Positions 8,851-17,787 of a stretch of DNA of 64,000 nucleotides are shown here, piece after piece. The notes under the pieces are model-generated. The model had not been told where the DNA came from and ran no database searches. It saw only the letters and a program-made list of their open reading frames with translations. The DNA lies in NCBI GenBank assembly GCA_964621835.1, contig CAZUMA010000002.1, forward strand, positions 28,392-92,391. The letters are read 5' to 3'. The translations under genes and the position numbers were made by a program. Position 1 is the first letter of the stretch. The number at the start of each line of letters is the position of its first letter. The DNA is from an uncultured Anaerolineales bacterium (GTDB lineage: Bacteria > Chloroflexota > Anaerolineae > Anaerolineales > UBA11858).

Positions 8851-9419
8851 TGGGAAACCTGTCTGTAATCGGGGGAAAAGTGGGTGGATTCAACCTCAAA
8901 TCCGTCCCCGGCGGGAGGACCCGCCCCATCATGGCCAAGGTCAAGGAAGCCGTATTTAATATTGTGGCTCCTTACGTGCTGGAGTCGATCTGGCTGGACT
9001 TGTTCGCCGGGACGGGCAGTGTGGGGATTGAGGCACTCAGTCGGGGCGCGGCGTTTTCTCGTTTTATTGATAACCAGGCTGCATCGATAAAAACAATTCA
9101 CGCCAATCTCGAGCATACTGGACTCGAAGAGCAGGCTGAGGTCTGGCACACCGATGCATTTTCTTACCTGGCAGGGGACGCGGATCGGAAGTTTGATTTT
9201 GTGTATATCGCCCCTCCGCAGTATCAGGAATTATGGATCAAGGCGCTTGGGGCCCTGGATCAAAATCCGGATTGGCTGTTTGATGATGGGTGGGTGATTG
9301 TTCAAATTGACAAGGTGGAATACCGGGCTCTGGAGCTCGATCAATTGAGACCTTTTGATCGGCGAACCTATGGGAGCACTGAACTGGTTTTTTACATGGT
9401 TGCTGATCCGGCTTCATGA
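8850..9419 (+). CDS. rsmD: 16S rRNA (guanine966-N2)-methyltransferase
   Basis: RPIMAKVKEAVFNI, SAM motif LDLFAGTGSVGIEALSRGA, IAPPQY. ATG 8850 overlaps the upstream TGA (TGATG). Confidence 0.85.
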   Translation: MGNLSVIGGKVGGFNLKSVPGGRTRPIMAKVKEAVFNIVAPYVLESIWLDLFAGTGSVGIEALSRGAAFSRFIDNQAASIKTIHANLEHTGLEEQAEVWHTDAFSYLAGDADRKFDFVYIAPPQYQELWIKALGALDQNPDWLFDDGWVIVQIDKVEYRALELDQLRPFDRRTYGSTELVFYMVADPAS

Positions 9420-9464
9420 CCCGAGAATGTTCCCCCGAGTCGATTGCGGTTCGCAGGTCCAGAA

Positions 9465-9971
9465 TCAGATCGTCGTGAAGCGGGCTTGAATTTTCCCCGC
9501 TGAATCAGAGCGGTAATGTCCAGAGATCGGGGGATCGCCTGCCTGATGCCTGAGCACTCTTGGCAGCAGGTGCTCGAGGTCTTTGACCAGAGATTTGTTT
9601 TTAAGCTCCTTGACAGGCACCCATTCCGGTTTTCCTTCCTGCGAGGAGCGGAGTTGCCCTGGCTCAGAGGTTCCTTTAAATACAAATATGCCGATCCCAA
9701 CCTGTTCCTCTGTATCCACTGTCACCACCCCGCAAAGCCTGAGGGTCTGCGGGGTCAATCCGGTTTCTTCTTTCAGCTCTCGAAACGCAGCGGATAATAC
9801 ATCTTCCCCACGTTCAATATGGCCCCCGATCCCATTGTACTGATCCGCAAAAAGGCGCTTATCTGCAGCGCCCTTAAGGAGTAAAACAGATTCCCCGCAG
9901 GTTAGAAAAATCAATGTGCGGGGAATCAGCTGGTACCGGCCGCCAGAAAAACTTGATTGTGATGGGGCCAT
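9465..9971 (-). CDS. NUDIX hydrolase
   Basis: Nudix box GGHIERGEDVLSAAFRELKEETGL. Start abuts the stop of the upstream aldolase gene. Confidence 0.85.
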   Translation of the reverse strand: MAPSQSSFSGGRYQLIPRTLIFLTCGESVLLLKGAADKRLFADQYNGIGGHIERGEDVLSAAFRELKEETGLTPQTLRLCGVVTVDTEEQVGIGIFVFKGTSEPGQLRSSQEGKPEWVPVKELKNKSLVKDLEHLLPRVLRHQAGDPPISGHYRSDSAGKIQARFTTI

Positions 9972-9972
9972 G

Positions 9973-11397
9973 CTAATCAGCCAGGTCGGATGTGTCTTCC
10001 TGCACCGCGCCCCCTAACAGGAACCCTTCCAATGCGGGATTGACCTTGACGGGCTGGATGAACTGGTCGACATACTTCCGGGTATCGCCCAGGCTCAGCC
10101 GCTCAAACAAATTATGAAACTGGTTGTCCCAGGCCTGGATAATCCCATCAAGATGTGTTTTTGTGATGTTCCAGATTTTTTCCTTATAAACACCGAGGGC
10201 CCGTTTGCGTGTTTTGTAGTAGAACTGGTCATCCGTTTGGCCTTCTTTTCTCTCATGGTCATGATTTTCATCGAGATAGGAATAGATCTCTTTGACCAGA
10301 TCAGCCGGAAGATGCTCGAAGAGAATGTTTTGGAAATTAGTGGCCAGATGAACTTCCAGCGCCTCAGCTTCTACAAACTTATTAAAAGCGCTTTCCGGGA
10401 GTGTGGACGCGCCGTGCTGCACCGCTCCCCCCAGGCCGTAGCTTTCTCGGGCGATCTGGCCTAGATGCTGGAGGACATCAAAGGCTACGCTGACCTCCTT
10501 GATGCTGCCGTCTGGGAGGACGACACCCCCATGGGACGTCCCGGTGAGCACACTTATTTTGCTCAACCCGGCTGCATCCGGAGCAGTTTTTTTCATCTCT
10601 GCACGGTACCCATTCATAAAGGCACGCAGCTCTTCTTTTGTCGAGTTGCCTTCGCCAACCTCCCCGATTTCTCCGCCAATCGAGACGGTCACACCAGCTG
10701 GCTCCCGCTCGCGGATATAGTTGGAAAACATAGCGGTTAACTCACAGTTTAATGCCTGCTGCTCTGGTACGGTGTCCTTGCTGAGATCGACCAGGGTGGA
10801 GGCGTCGACATCGATATTATAGAAACCAGCCTGGAGAGCTTCTTGAGTGAGGTCTTTCAAGGTTTGGAGTTCCGGATCAGGGTTGTCCTGATACCGGGAG
10901 GCAGAGACCTGGTAGTGATCTCCCTGAATGAACACGGGTCCTTTGTATCCTTCGGCGATCGCCGCCCCCAGCACATTCGCGGCATACTCAGATGGGCGTT
11001 GATCAGTGTAGCCGGTCTCTGAGCGGGCAATTTCAAATATGAATGCACCAGCATCGATCTCTTGGGCGATGCGGAAGATCACTTTAGCTGCATAATATGT
11101 CAAGCTGCGCAGGTTAATTGCTGGGGTGGTGAAGGTGTTGGGGACCTCCCCTCGACCGCGGGCCAGATAAAGGTCATGAATGGAGCTGGGGACAATATCC
11201 AGGGCAAGCGCGATCCTGCGAATGAGGTAGCGGGCGAGATAGCGGTGGGTTTCGTTTTCGTCCAGGACCGCGATCCTGACCAGAGATTCAATCTCTTTGC
11301 GGACCTTCGGCTCATCGCGAATTTCAAGCTCTCCATCTTTCCACGCCACACTTCCCTGGAGGGAGTTTAATAATGCTTTCTGCTCTTCTACGAACAT
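9973..11397 (-). CDS. Class II (metal-dependent) ketose-bisphosphate aldolase family protein
   Basis: FIQGDHYQV, GGEIGEVGEG, LTGTSHGG and AVQHGASTLP motifs. ATG 11397 has AGGAG 7 nt upstream. ORF-track TTG 11412 is less likely. Confidence 0.75.
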   Translation of the reverse strand: MFVEEQKALLNSLQGSVAWKDGELEIRDEPKVRKEIESLVRIAVLDENETHRYLARYLIRRIALALDIVPSSIHDLYLARGRGEVPNTFTTPAINLRSLTYYAAKVIFRIAQEIDAGAFIFEIARSETGYTDQRPSEYAANVLGAAIAEGYKGPVFIQGDHYQVSASRYQDNPDPELQTLKDLTQEALQAGFYNIDVDASTLVDLSKDTVPEQQALNCELTAMFSNYIREREPAGVTVSIGGEIGEVGEGNSTKEELRAFMNGYRAEMKKTAPDAAGLSKISVLTGTSHGGVVLPDGSIKEVSVAFDVLQHLGQIARESYGLGGAVQHGASTLPESAFNKFVEAEALEVHLATNFQNILFEHLPADLVKEIYSYLDENHDHERKEGQTDDQFYYKTRKRALGVYKEKIWNITKTHLDGIIQAWDNQFHNLFERLSLGDTRKYVDQFIQPVKVNPALEGFLLGGAVQEDTSDLAD

Positions 11398-11569
11398 GTT
11401 ATCTCCTGTCAATTACCAATGATTAGTTACAGGGTTCATTATAAACCATTCTGATTTCTGTGCTGTTCAATGGTAAAAAATTCCCCCGCAGGTTCGCTCA
11501 GATTCTGGAGAGCTGGGCTTCCTTCCCCCATACCAGCTGCCGGGGCCCGATCATCGCCCTGATCTCGAA

Positions 11570-11597
11570 TTGTATTTTTTTGCTTCCACGGTATAAT
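11570..11597 (+). promoter_or_regulatory. Sigma70-type promoter candidate (TTGTAT-16-TATAAT)
   Basis: -35 at 11570-11575 and -10 at 11592-11597, 38 nt before ATG 11636, which has a GAGGAGG SD. Confidence 0.5.
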
Positions 11598-11635
11598 AGA
11601 AATTGCAATTTATCTGATCTCCCAGAGGAGGCTGT

Positions 11636-12151
11636 ATGAGCGATTTCCAGGGTCAAATTGAAGAGCAGCGCGGAAAGCTGAAGGAGCTGCTGCTGAAAGT
11701 CCCGGGTTTTTCCGGGTACATTGAGATGGAGGACCGCCGCACAGCAGATAAGCTGATGCGGGAAACCATTGCGGACCGCTACCAGGAGCTGGTAGATTAC
11801 CTATCCACCATCCAGGCTTCCCTGGTGGATGAAGGCAGCCTGGAGCTGGTTGATGATCTCGAACAGGTGGTTGTCAGGCTGCGCACGTTTGTTGACCGCA
11901 TCCGGCATGCTTCCTACGGCTACTCCAGTTTCTTCTCCGCAGTGAAAATTGATACCGAGACACTGGATCGCCTTTATGATTATGACGGGTCGCTCCTTGA
12001 TGGGGTGGATGAATTCCAGCGGATCCTAGAATCCTTTGAGCAGGCTGAGGATGAAACGGCTGCGGGTGAGATCCTTTCTTCCCTGAAAAAGCTTTCACGA
12101 GAGATTGTTAAAAAAGCGGATCAGCGAGCCGAGGTCATTACGAACGAATAA
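11636..12151 (+). CDS. Hypothetical acidic, predicted all-helical protein
   Basis: 171-aa ORF with a good SD. No family recognised. Lies 23 nt upstream of the SPFH gene. Confidence 0.6.
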   Translation: MSDFQGQIEEQRGKLKELLLKVPGFSGYIEMEDRRTADKLMRETIADRYQELVDYLSTIQASLVDEGSLELVDDLEQVVVRLRTFVDRIRHASYGYSSFFSAVKIDTETLDRLYDYDGSLLDGVDEFQRILESFEQAEDETAAGEILSSLKKLSREIVKKADQRAEVITNE

Positions 12152-12174
12152 ATTTACCAAGAGGAGCATACCCG

Positions 12175-13203
12175 ATGGCCAGGATTTTTGATGTCATTGA
12201 ATACCCGAATGAAATGAAGAATGAGCTGATTCACAGATTTCCAGAGGGTGAATCGGGAGATTTCCGGATTGGATCCCAGGTGATTGTTCGTGAATCGCAA
12301 ACGGCTGTGTTTTTCCGGGATGGGAAAGCCCTGGACACCTTTGGCCCCGGGAGGCACACGATCACCACTGCCAATATTCCCTTGCTGATTGATATCGTTG
12401 AAAAAGCATTTTCTGATAAAACCCCTTTTACCGCGGAAGTCTACTTTGTCTCCCGCCGAGAATTTCCAGATCAGAAATGGGGGACCCCGCAGCCCATCAT
12501 TGTCCGGAATCCCGGCATGGGATTGGGGATTGCCCTGCTGAAAGGGTTTGGGACCTTTGGGTATCAGATTTCCGAACCACAGCAGTTTGTCACTCAGCTT
12601 GTTGGCGCCCAGGGCATCTTCCGGACAGAAGATATCGAAAATCGACTCCGTCATATTCTGCTCACTACCTTGAGTGATTTGCTGGGAGAGACCGCCAGGG
12701 AAAATGATGTTACCAACCTGGTGAGTATGTTGAATGAACTCAGTGCCAGCGTTCGGGCGAAATCAGCAGATCAGTTCTCGTCATTGGGGTTGGAGCTGAA
12801 AACTTTCCTGATCGCCAACCTGCGGCCCTCTGAACAGTCGATCCAGGAACTCCGGGATATGGGTGTCTTAGACACAGAAACCTATACGCGCTTGCAGGCG
12901 GCTGATGCCCTCCTCGAGGCAGCACAAAATCCCAGTGGCGGTGCGGGGCTGACCGCGGGGATCGGGGCTGGTTTGGGTGTTGGGAACATCCTCAACCAAT
13001 CCCTCCAGGGCATGACCGGCGGTGCTCCCGCAGCAGAGGGAGGAATGCCCGAGGTGATGAGCGCAGCAGAAGCTGCCCAGATTCTCAAGGTATCTGAAGA
13101 GGATATTGTGGCGGCAATCGAGGCAGGGGAGCTGAAGGGAAAAAAATTGGGAAAGGCCTACCGCATCAGCCGGGAGGCGCTGAAAGCCTTTTTAAACGAA
13201 TAA
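12175..13203 (+). CDS. SPFH/band-7 superfamily protein (YdjI/COG4260-like) fused to a C-terminal excisionase-type HTH
   Basis: N-terminus MARIFDVIEYPNEMKNELIHRFPEG...VIVRESQTAVFFRDGKALDTFGPGRH is typical of the YdjI-like SPFH group. Gly/Ala linker. C-terminus MSAAEAAQILKVSEEDIVAAIEAGELKGKKLGKAYRISREALKAFL resembles HTH_17. Confidence 0.75.
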   Translation: MARIFDVIEYPNEMKNELIHRFPEGESGDFRIGSQVIVRESQTAVFFRDGKALDTFGPGRHTITTANIPLLIDIVEKAFSDKTPFTAEVYFVSRREFPDQKWGTPQPIIVRNPGMGLGIALLKGFGTFGYQISEPQQFVTQLVGAQGIFRTEDIENRLRHILLTTLSDLLGETARENDVTNLVSMLNELSASVRAKSADQFSSLGLELKTFLIANLRPSEQSIQELRDMGVLDTETYTRLQAADALLEAAQNPSGGAGLTAGIGAGLGVGNILNQSLQGMTGGAPAAEGGMPEVMSAAEAAQILKVSEEDIVAAIEAGELKGKKLGKAYRISREALKAFLNE

Positions 13204-13231
13204 CCACCCTGCAGATACTGCCTAAGAAGAT

Positions 13232-13267
13232 AAACAGGCTGCCAGCCCTGGCAGCCTGTTTCTTTTA
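13232..13267. terminator. Intrinsic terminator hairpin between convergent genes
   Basis: 13-bp arms aaacaggctgcca / tggcagcctgttt with a 4-nt loop, followed by tttcttttaa on the plus strand. Confidence 0.7.
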
Positions 13268-13957
13268 ACCAAATTCTAGGGCATCTTGGATGGTCTGCAC
13301 CACGGTCATTGAAAGGGACTCTTTGCCTTTCGCCTCTTTGCGGATCATTTTTTTCAGCTGATTGATATGCAGGGTAGGGGAAGGGGCGTTCTCCGCCTCC
13401 ACTTGCGCGTTTTCATCAGTAAAGACCAGCGCCGCCTTGATTTCCGGGGCAGTGATTCCAGGTATATTATCCAGGAACCGGGCAAGGTTTTTCTTCCCTT
13501 TCTGAATTTCCCGGGAGGGCCGACCGATGCTGTCCTGGGCAAAATACTTCAGGTACAAATTCCCGCCAACCCTCTTCCAGCGCTGTTTTTCTTCCTCATA
13601 AATGATCCGCCCCCGCTGGATGTAGGGCAGCAGGATCCACACCCCGGCAGGGCCAACCAGCAGATGAGAAACCGGGCTCTGATAATGAACCAGGCCATAG
13701 CGATCATCCAGGCCTTTCAAGGCCTGATCAATTTGCTCATCGAGTCTGGGAGAGCGTCCAAAACGGTTGGTATAAAACACACTGACCTGAGAAAGCAGGT
13801 AGCCGAATATTAAAGCCAGAAAGGAGAGGAGACCGCCGTTTTGATATTGAAAGTTAACATAAATCCCCCCGCCCAAAATCAGAATAGCCAGGAAGCCGCT
13901 GGAAACCCCCTTTATTTTCCCGCGCTGGATAACTTTTTGGTTCCGGTATATTTTCAT
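13265..13957 (-). CDS. Membrane-anchored NERD-like (nuclease-related domain) protein
   Basis: Two N-terminal TM helices, then YGLVHYQSPVSHLLVGPAGVWILLPYIQRGRI, which resembles the NERD core. ATGA overlap with the plsX stop (13954-13957). Confidence 0.6.
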   Translation of the reverse strand: MKIYRNQKVIQRGKIKGVSSGFLAILILGGGIYVNFQYQNGGLLSFLALIFGYLLSQVSVFYTNRFGRSPRLDEQIDQALKGLDDRYGLVHYQSPVSHLLVGPAGVWILLPYIQRGRIIYEEEKQRWKRVGGNLYLKYFAQDSIGRPSREIQKGKKNLARFLDNIPGITAPEIKAALVFTDENAQVEAENAPSPTLHINQLKKMIRKEAKGKESLSMTVVQTIQDALEFG

Positions 13958-14976
13958 TCAGAGTCTCCGGGATCTGATGGACCTGATGTTAATTCCTCCT
14001 GGATTGCTTGTTTGAGGGTAGGGAGAAAATCTGCTTCCACTGCCTGGTGGGCAAGTTTGATCGCATTGACAAGCGCGGTCGCGTCTGAACGACCATGTCC
14101 AACAAAAACCAGCCCGTTGATTCCCAGCAGCGGGGCAGCCCCAACCCGCCGGGGGTCCAACCTGGTTTTGACCTCCCGGAATGCCGGCATGGCCAGGGCG
14201 GCTCCTGCCTTCGTCCGCAGGGAGGCGCTTAATTCGGTCTTGAGGATATCCAGCAGCAGCTTTGAAACAGCTTCACTGGTTTTAATGAGCACATTCCCGG
14301 TGAAACCATCAAAAACCACCACATCCACGTCCCCCCCGAAGAGCTCTTTGGGTTCAACATTTCCGATGAAATTTAACGAACTTGCCTTAAAGAGTGGGAA
14401 GGTTTCCTTGACCAGGCTGTTGCCTTTGCCTTCTTCTTCCCCGTTGGAAAGCAAGCCCACCCGGGGCGAGGAAACCCCGATTACTTTTTCCGCATAGATC
14501 GATCCCATGATGCCAAACTGGAGGAGAAATTGTGGTTTGCAATCAGCATTTGCACCAATATCTACAGCGACCGCGGCACCCGTTTTTGTGGGCAGTACGG
14601 TCGTCAGGGCAGGTCTTTTCACCCCTCTGATGCGCCCCAGCCGGAAGAGTCCGTTCGCCATTGCCCCCCCGGTGTTGCCGGCAGTCACAAACGCGTCAGC
14701 CTGGCCGGTTTTGACTAAATCCATCCCAATCGCCATCGAGTTATCCGCCTTTCGGCGGGCGTTTCGGGCGGGTTTGTCGGTCATTTCCAGGATCTCTGGA
14801 GCATGAACGACCTTGACTTTTGAGGTGGGGGGATGTTTATCCATTAACGGCGTCAGTTTTTCTTCCTGACCAACCAGAATGATCTCAGTTTGCAGCTGCT
14901 CAGCAGCGAGAAAGGCAGCATCGATCTCCGGGTTGGGGAAATCATCACTTCCCATCGCGTCCAATACAATCGCCAT
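13954..14976 (-). CDS. plsX: Phosphate acyltransferase
   Basis: MAIVLDAMGSDDFP..., FVTAGNTGGAMA, VFVGHGRSD. ATG 14976 chosen over the ORF-track 15015. Confidence 0.9.
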   Translation of the reverse strand: MAIVLDAMGSDDFPNPEIDAAFLAAEQLQTEIILVGQEEKLTPLMDKHPPTSKVKVVHAPEILEMTDKPARNARRKADNSMAIGMDLVKTGQADAFVTAGNTGGAMANGLFRLGRIRGVKRPALTTVLPTKTGAAVAVDIGANADCKPQFLLQFGIMGSIYAEKVIGVSSPRVGLLSNGEEEGKGNSLVKETFPLFKASSLNFIGNVEPKELFGGDVDVVVFDGFTGNVLIKTSEAVSKLLLDILKTELSASLRTKAGAALAMPAFREVKTRLDPRRVGAAPLLGINGLVFVGHGRSDATALVNAIKLAHQAVEADFLPTLKQAIQEELTSGPSDPGDSE

Positions 14977-15008
14977 ATCAGCACTCCTTGGCTGAAATTG
15001 AAGATATC

Positions 15009-15036
15009 TTGACAAGCTTCTCTGGAAGATTATAAT
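15009..15036 (+). promoter_or_regulatory. Near-consensus promoter for tRNA-Leu (TTGACA-16-TATAAT)
   Basis: TTGACA at 15009-15014 and TATAAT at 15031-15036, about 55 nt upstream of the tRNA. Confidence 0.7.
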
Positions 15037-15092
15037 ACCTCTGCCTTCCAGCGGATAGAGAGGAGATCGGTTGGGGGGTTTTTATAACCAAT

Positions 15093-15176
15093 GCGCTGGT
15101 GCTGGAACTGGCAGACAGGTATGGTTGAGGGCCATATGCCTTTACGGGCGTGCGGGTTCGATTCCCGCCCAGCGCA
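15093..15176 (+). tRNA. tRNA-Leu (anticodon GAG)
   Basis: Acceptor GCGCTGG/CCAGCGC. Anticodon arm TATGG-TTGAGGG-CCATA. Long variable arm. T arm GCGGG-TTCGATT-CCCGC. CCA not encoded. Confidence 0.9.
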
Positions 15177-15183
15177 CTAAAAA

Positions 15184-15219
15184 AACCGCTCTGGTGACCT
15201 GAAGCGGTTTTTTGTTTTG
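15184..15219. terminator. Intrinsic terminator (bidirectional) after tRNA-Leu and the DUF2892 gene
   Basis: Arms aaccgct/agcggtt, flanked by an A-run upstream and ttttttgtttt downstream. Confidence 0.65.
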
Positions 15220-15256
15220 GTTCTGTACAGAAGATCTGGAGGGAGAATAGGAAATC

Positions 15257-15475
15257 TTACTCCTCTTTATTGACCTTAACCGTACTGAAATTAAAGGGCG
15301 TATACAGGGGACAGAAGGAAACCAGGCTGGTAAGCAGGAAAATCACTCCTACGACCAGGAGTATGATCCCAAGGCTTCCAGGGAGGATCCCGGTAAAATA
15401 AAGGACGGCAAAAACGACCGCTAGAAGGGTGCGAATGAGGCGATCTGCTGTTCCCATGTTCTTATTGAGTTTCAT
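15257..15475 (-). CDS. DUF2892 (YgaP-like) small membrane protein
   Basis: GTADRLIRTLLAVVF..., two TM helices and a C-terminal FCPLY motif. Confidence 0.7.
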   Translation of the reverse strand: MKLNKNMGTADRLIRTLLAVVFAVLYFTGILPGSLGIILLVVGVIFLLTSLVSFCPLYTPFNFSTVKVNKEE

Positions 15476-15874
15476 AATTTTTTCTCCTTATAGATTGCTC
15501 CCGGATATGTCAACGGACCGGGATCTTGGTGGTTTCTAATAATTAGATGAACTCATCGGTGTTTGGTTACACTAGAATTCCACGTGGTAATCATATTACC
15601 CTCTTATTTGTTCAAATAGGTACAAAGTAGGCTGGTTTTTGACTGAGTTCAATACTTTTTTACCAGTTTCGATTAACCTTGAGCGCTCAATCTCACTCAT
15701 CCAACTTTTTATGAATCTATTATTGTTGGGATAAGAAACTCGTATAGATTGATTTTTCTAACTGCGGATATGAGTTTATTTGGTAATGTACTGAGTGGAT
15801 TTTGCTGAACATAGGATAGATCGTGTGATTTTATTCGGATCAAGCTAATGTCCCCAAAGTTTTCAACGGTCTAA

Positions 15875-15994
15875 CAAAACGTTCAGGCGTCAATTCCTCT
15901 CGAGATCCGCCAAGAATGGGGAGTGGAACCGGGGGACCTTGTGGCATTCTGGGAGACGGAGGCGGGTGTGCTGATCTTCTCTAAAAGCCTATGA
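15875..15994 (+). pseudogene. N-terminally truncated AbrB/SpoVT-type antitoxin remnant
   Basis: The frame opens right after TAA 15872-15874 and has no start codon. It reads QNVQASIPLEIRQEWGVEPGDLVAFWETEAGVLIFSKSL*. This parallels intact VapB IPKQIRKKISLREGDHVAF. Confidence 0.55.
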
Positions 15995-16231
15995 TGGATG
16001 CAATGACCTCAACCAGATGGCCACGGAAGTGGGGTGGGAGGCAGCCCGAAAGAGGTTGTACCAGCTGCTGGAGCAAGGGGGGGGTGAGTTTGAGTGCGAG
16101 TTTGGGGGCCAGCACGAGTGAAAGCCAGTATGCTGTGCGCTGCCGGCTGAAGCAGCTGGCATGGATGCAGAGGGTAGGTGAGAGACCGGTAAGATGGGTT
16201 GAGCTGCCCTGTAAAACATTTGAGAAAATGA

Positions 16232-16260
16232 TTGACAAATACTAATATATCAGATAATAT
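16232..16260 (+). promoter_or_regulatory. Promoter of vapBC (TTGACA-17-TAATAT)
   Basis: TTGACA at 16232-16237 and TAATAT at 16255-16260. The predicted TSS coincides with ATG 16266. Confidence 0.6.
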
Positions 16261-16307
16261 AGAAAATGTCTGATAATAATGATAATGACGGACCAGGAGG
16301 GCATAAA

Positions 16308-16559
16308 ATGGCGCTGTCAAAGGTAGGCCGGAGGGGACAGGTGACAATTCCCAAGCAGATTCGCAAGAAAATCTCCCTGCGCGAGGGGGATCATGTGGCT
16401 TTTACACTTTCAGATGACCGGGTGATTATTGAGCCTGTCAAGAAAACACTCTTGGATTTACGAGGAAGCATCGAAGTTTCAGGGCCCCAGGATTTTTCAG
16501 CGATCAGAAAACAGGTGATGGCTGCTCAGGTGAAAAAGGGCGCAGAAGATGACGAATAG
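16308..16559 (+). CDS. vapB: AbrB/MazE/SpoVT-type antitoxin
   Basis: MALSKVGRRGQVTIPKQIRKKISLREGDHVAF. AGGAGG lies 7 nt upstream of ATG 16308. The alternative ATG 16266 would be leaderless. Confidence 0.8.
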   Translation: MALSKVGRRGQVTIPKQIRKKISLREGDHVAFTLSDDRVIIEPVKKTLLDLRGSIEVSGPQDFSAIRKQVMAAQVKKGAEDDE

Positions 16560-16968
16560 TCCTGTTTTTGCTGATACGAATCTTTTTCTGCGGTACCTGA
16601 CAAATGACGTTCCTGAGCAAGCTGAGGCAGTCGGAGATCTTCTCAAGCAAGCAGGCAAGGGTGAAATCTCATTTGTTACCAGCCCCCTGGTCATTGCTGA
16701 AATTGTTTGGACACTTGAATCGTACTACAAAGAACCCAGGGAAGACATCAAAGAAAAAATTCTGATCTTCTTGAATACCCCTGGTTTGGAGATCGTCAAT
16801 GCAGGCTTGATCTTGCAGGCCATCCGCTGGTATGTTGATAAAAACATTGATTATATCGATGCCTATAATGCAGCCTGGATGGATGGTCATGGGATCAAGA
16901 CAGTATGTACGTTTGACCAAAAGCATTTTTCGAGGCTGGAGGGAATAAACGTTCTTACGCCGGGATAA
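16549..16968 (+). CDS. vapC: PIN-domain toxin
   Basis: FADTNLFLRY (Asp), AEIVW (Glu), DAYNA and TFDQKHF acidic residues. Overlaps vapB by 11 nt. Confidence 0.85.
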   Translation: MTNSPVFADTNLFLRYLTNDVPEQAEAVGDLLKQAGKGEISFVTSPLVIAEIVWTLESYYKEPREDIKEKILIFLNTPGLEIVNAGLILQAIRWYVDKNIDYIDAYNAAWMDGHGIKTVCTFDQKHFSRLEGINVLTPG

Positions 16969-17358
16969 GATAGCAGAAGATGAGTTCATTGCCCCAGCAG
17001 GTATTTCAAGGGATCCTGTTGGGTTTTGTTTTTTCAAGGAGAGAAGCAAGAGCCGTAAAACTGCCTTGGAGCATCAGCAACAGCAGGGGAAAGGTTTCAA
17101 ATTGTTGTTTGGCCTGCTTAAAAAAGCCGGCTTTAAGGGGGAGAGCAGAGTGCCACCACTACCAGTCCCGCGATCAGACCAAGTCGGAGTACCAGGGGGC
17201 GCCGATTCTTCTTCTAGGGTGCTTTTTGACGGCCCAGCTGCTGGATTAGAGAGAGGCTGGCTTATCTCTTTGTCACACTAGATGCATTATTTGGTTTACC
17301 GTAGTCTGTGCAACATATTCCGTCAGACATCAACCTATTCCTTTAGCTAGGCAATTGT

Positions 17359-17787
17359 CTACTCCACCGTGCAGGTGAAACATAAATCTTGACTCCACCA
17401 GTTGGGTATCAGCTGATCCTTTCCAGCAGCCATTAAAACCTCGAGATCCACTCCCGGGATCTCAGCGCTGCGATCGTTCAGCACCGGCAGCAGGCAAACC
17501 GTCAGTGATCCCAGGTTGTCATCCTGATACCTATAGAAGCTGTTTTGATCGACCTCGGATTTTTGCTCCTCAGGATCGTTCCAGGACTGGTTGACAATCT
17601 CAAATTCACCCGATATCCAACCATCCTTCGCCAGGGTTCCCTGGCCAACAACAGAATATAAATAATGGATCAGGGTTTCCCTTTCTGGTGGATGAAGGTT
17701 GGAATCATACTCTTGCCAGCGCCAGGCTTCCGAAACTGCATACTCGATTGGGAATTCACTGGAATCCGGATCAAGCTCCATGAGCAT
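17359..17787 (-). CDS. Hypothetical protein, probably the C-terminal remnant of a disrupted secreted protein
   Basis: 142-aa ORF with no recognised family. The upstream sequence encodes a signal-anchor-like N-terminus interrupted by TAG and TAA stops and a frame change (see findings). Confidence 0.4.
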   Translation of the reverse strand: MLMELDPDSSEFPIEYAVSEAWRWQEYDSNLHPPERETLIHYLYSVVGQGTLAKDGWISGEFEIVNQSWNDPEEQKSEVDQNSFYRYQDDNLGSLTVCLLPVLNDRSAEIPGVDLEVLMAAGKDQLIPNWWSQDLCFTCTVE

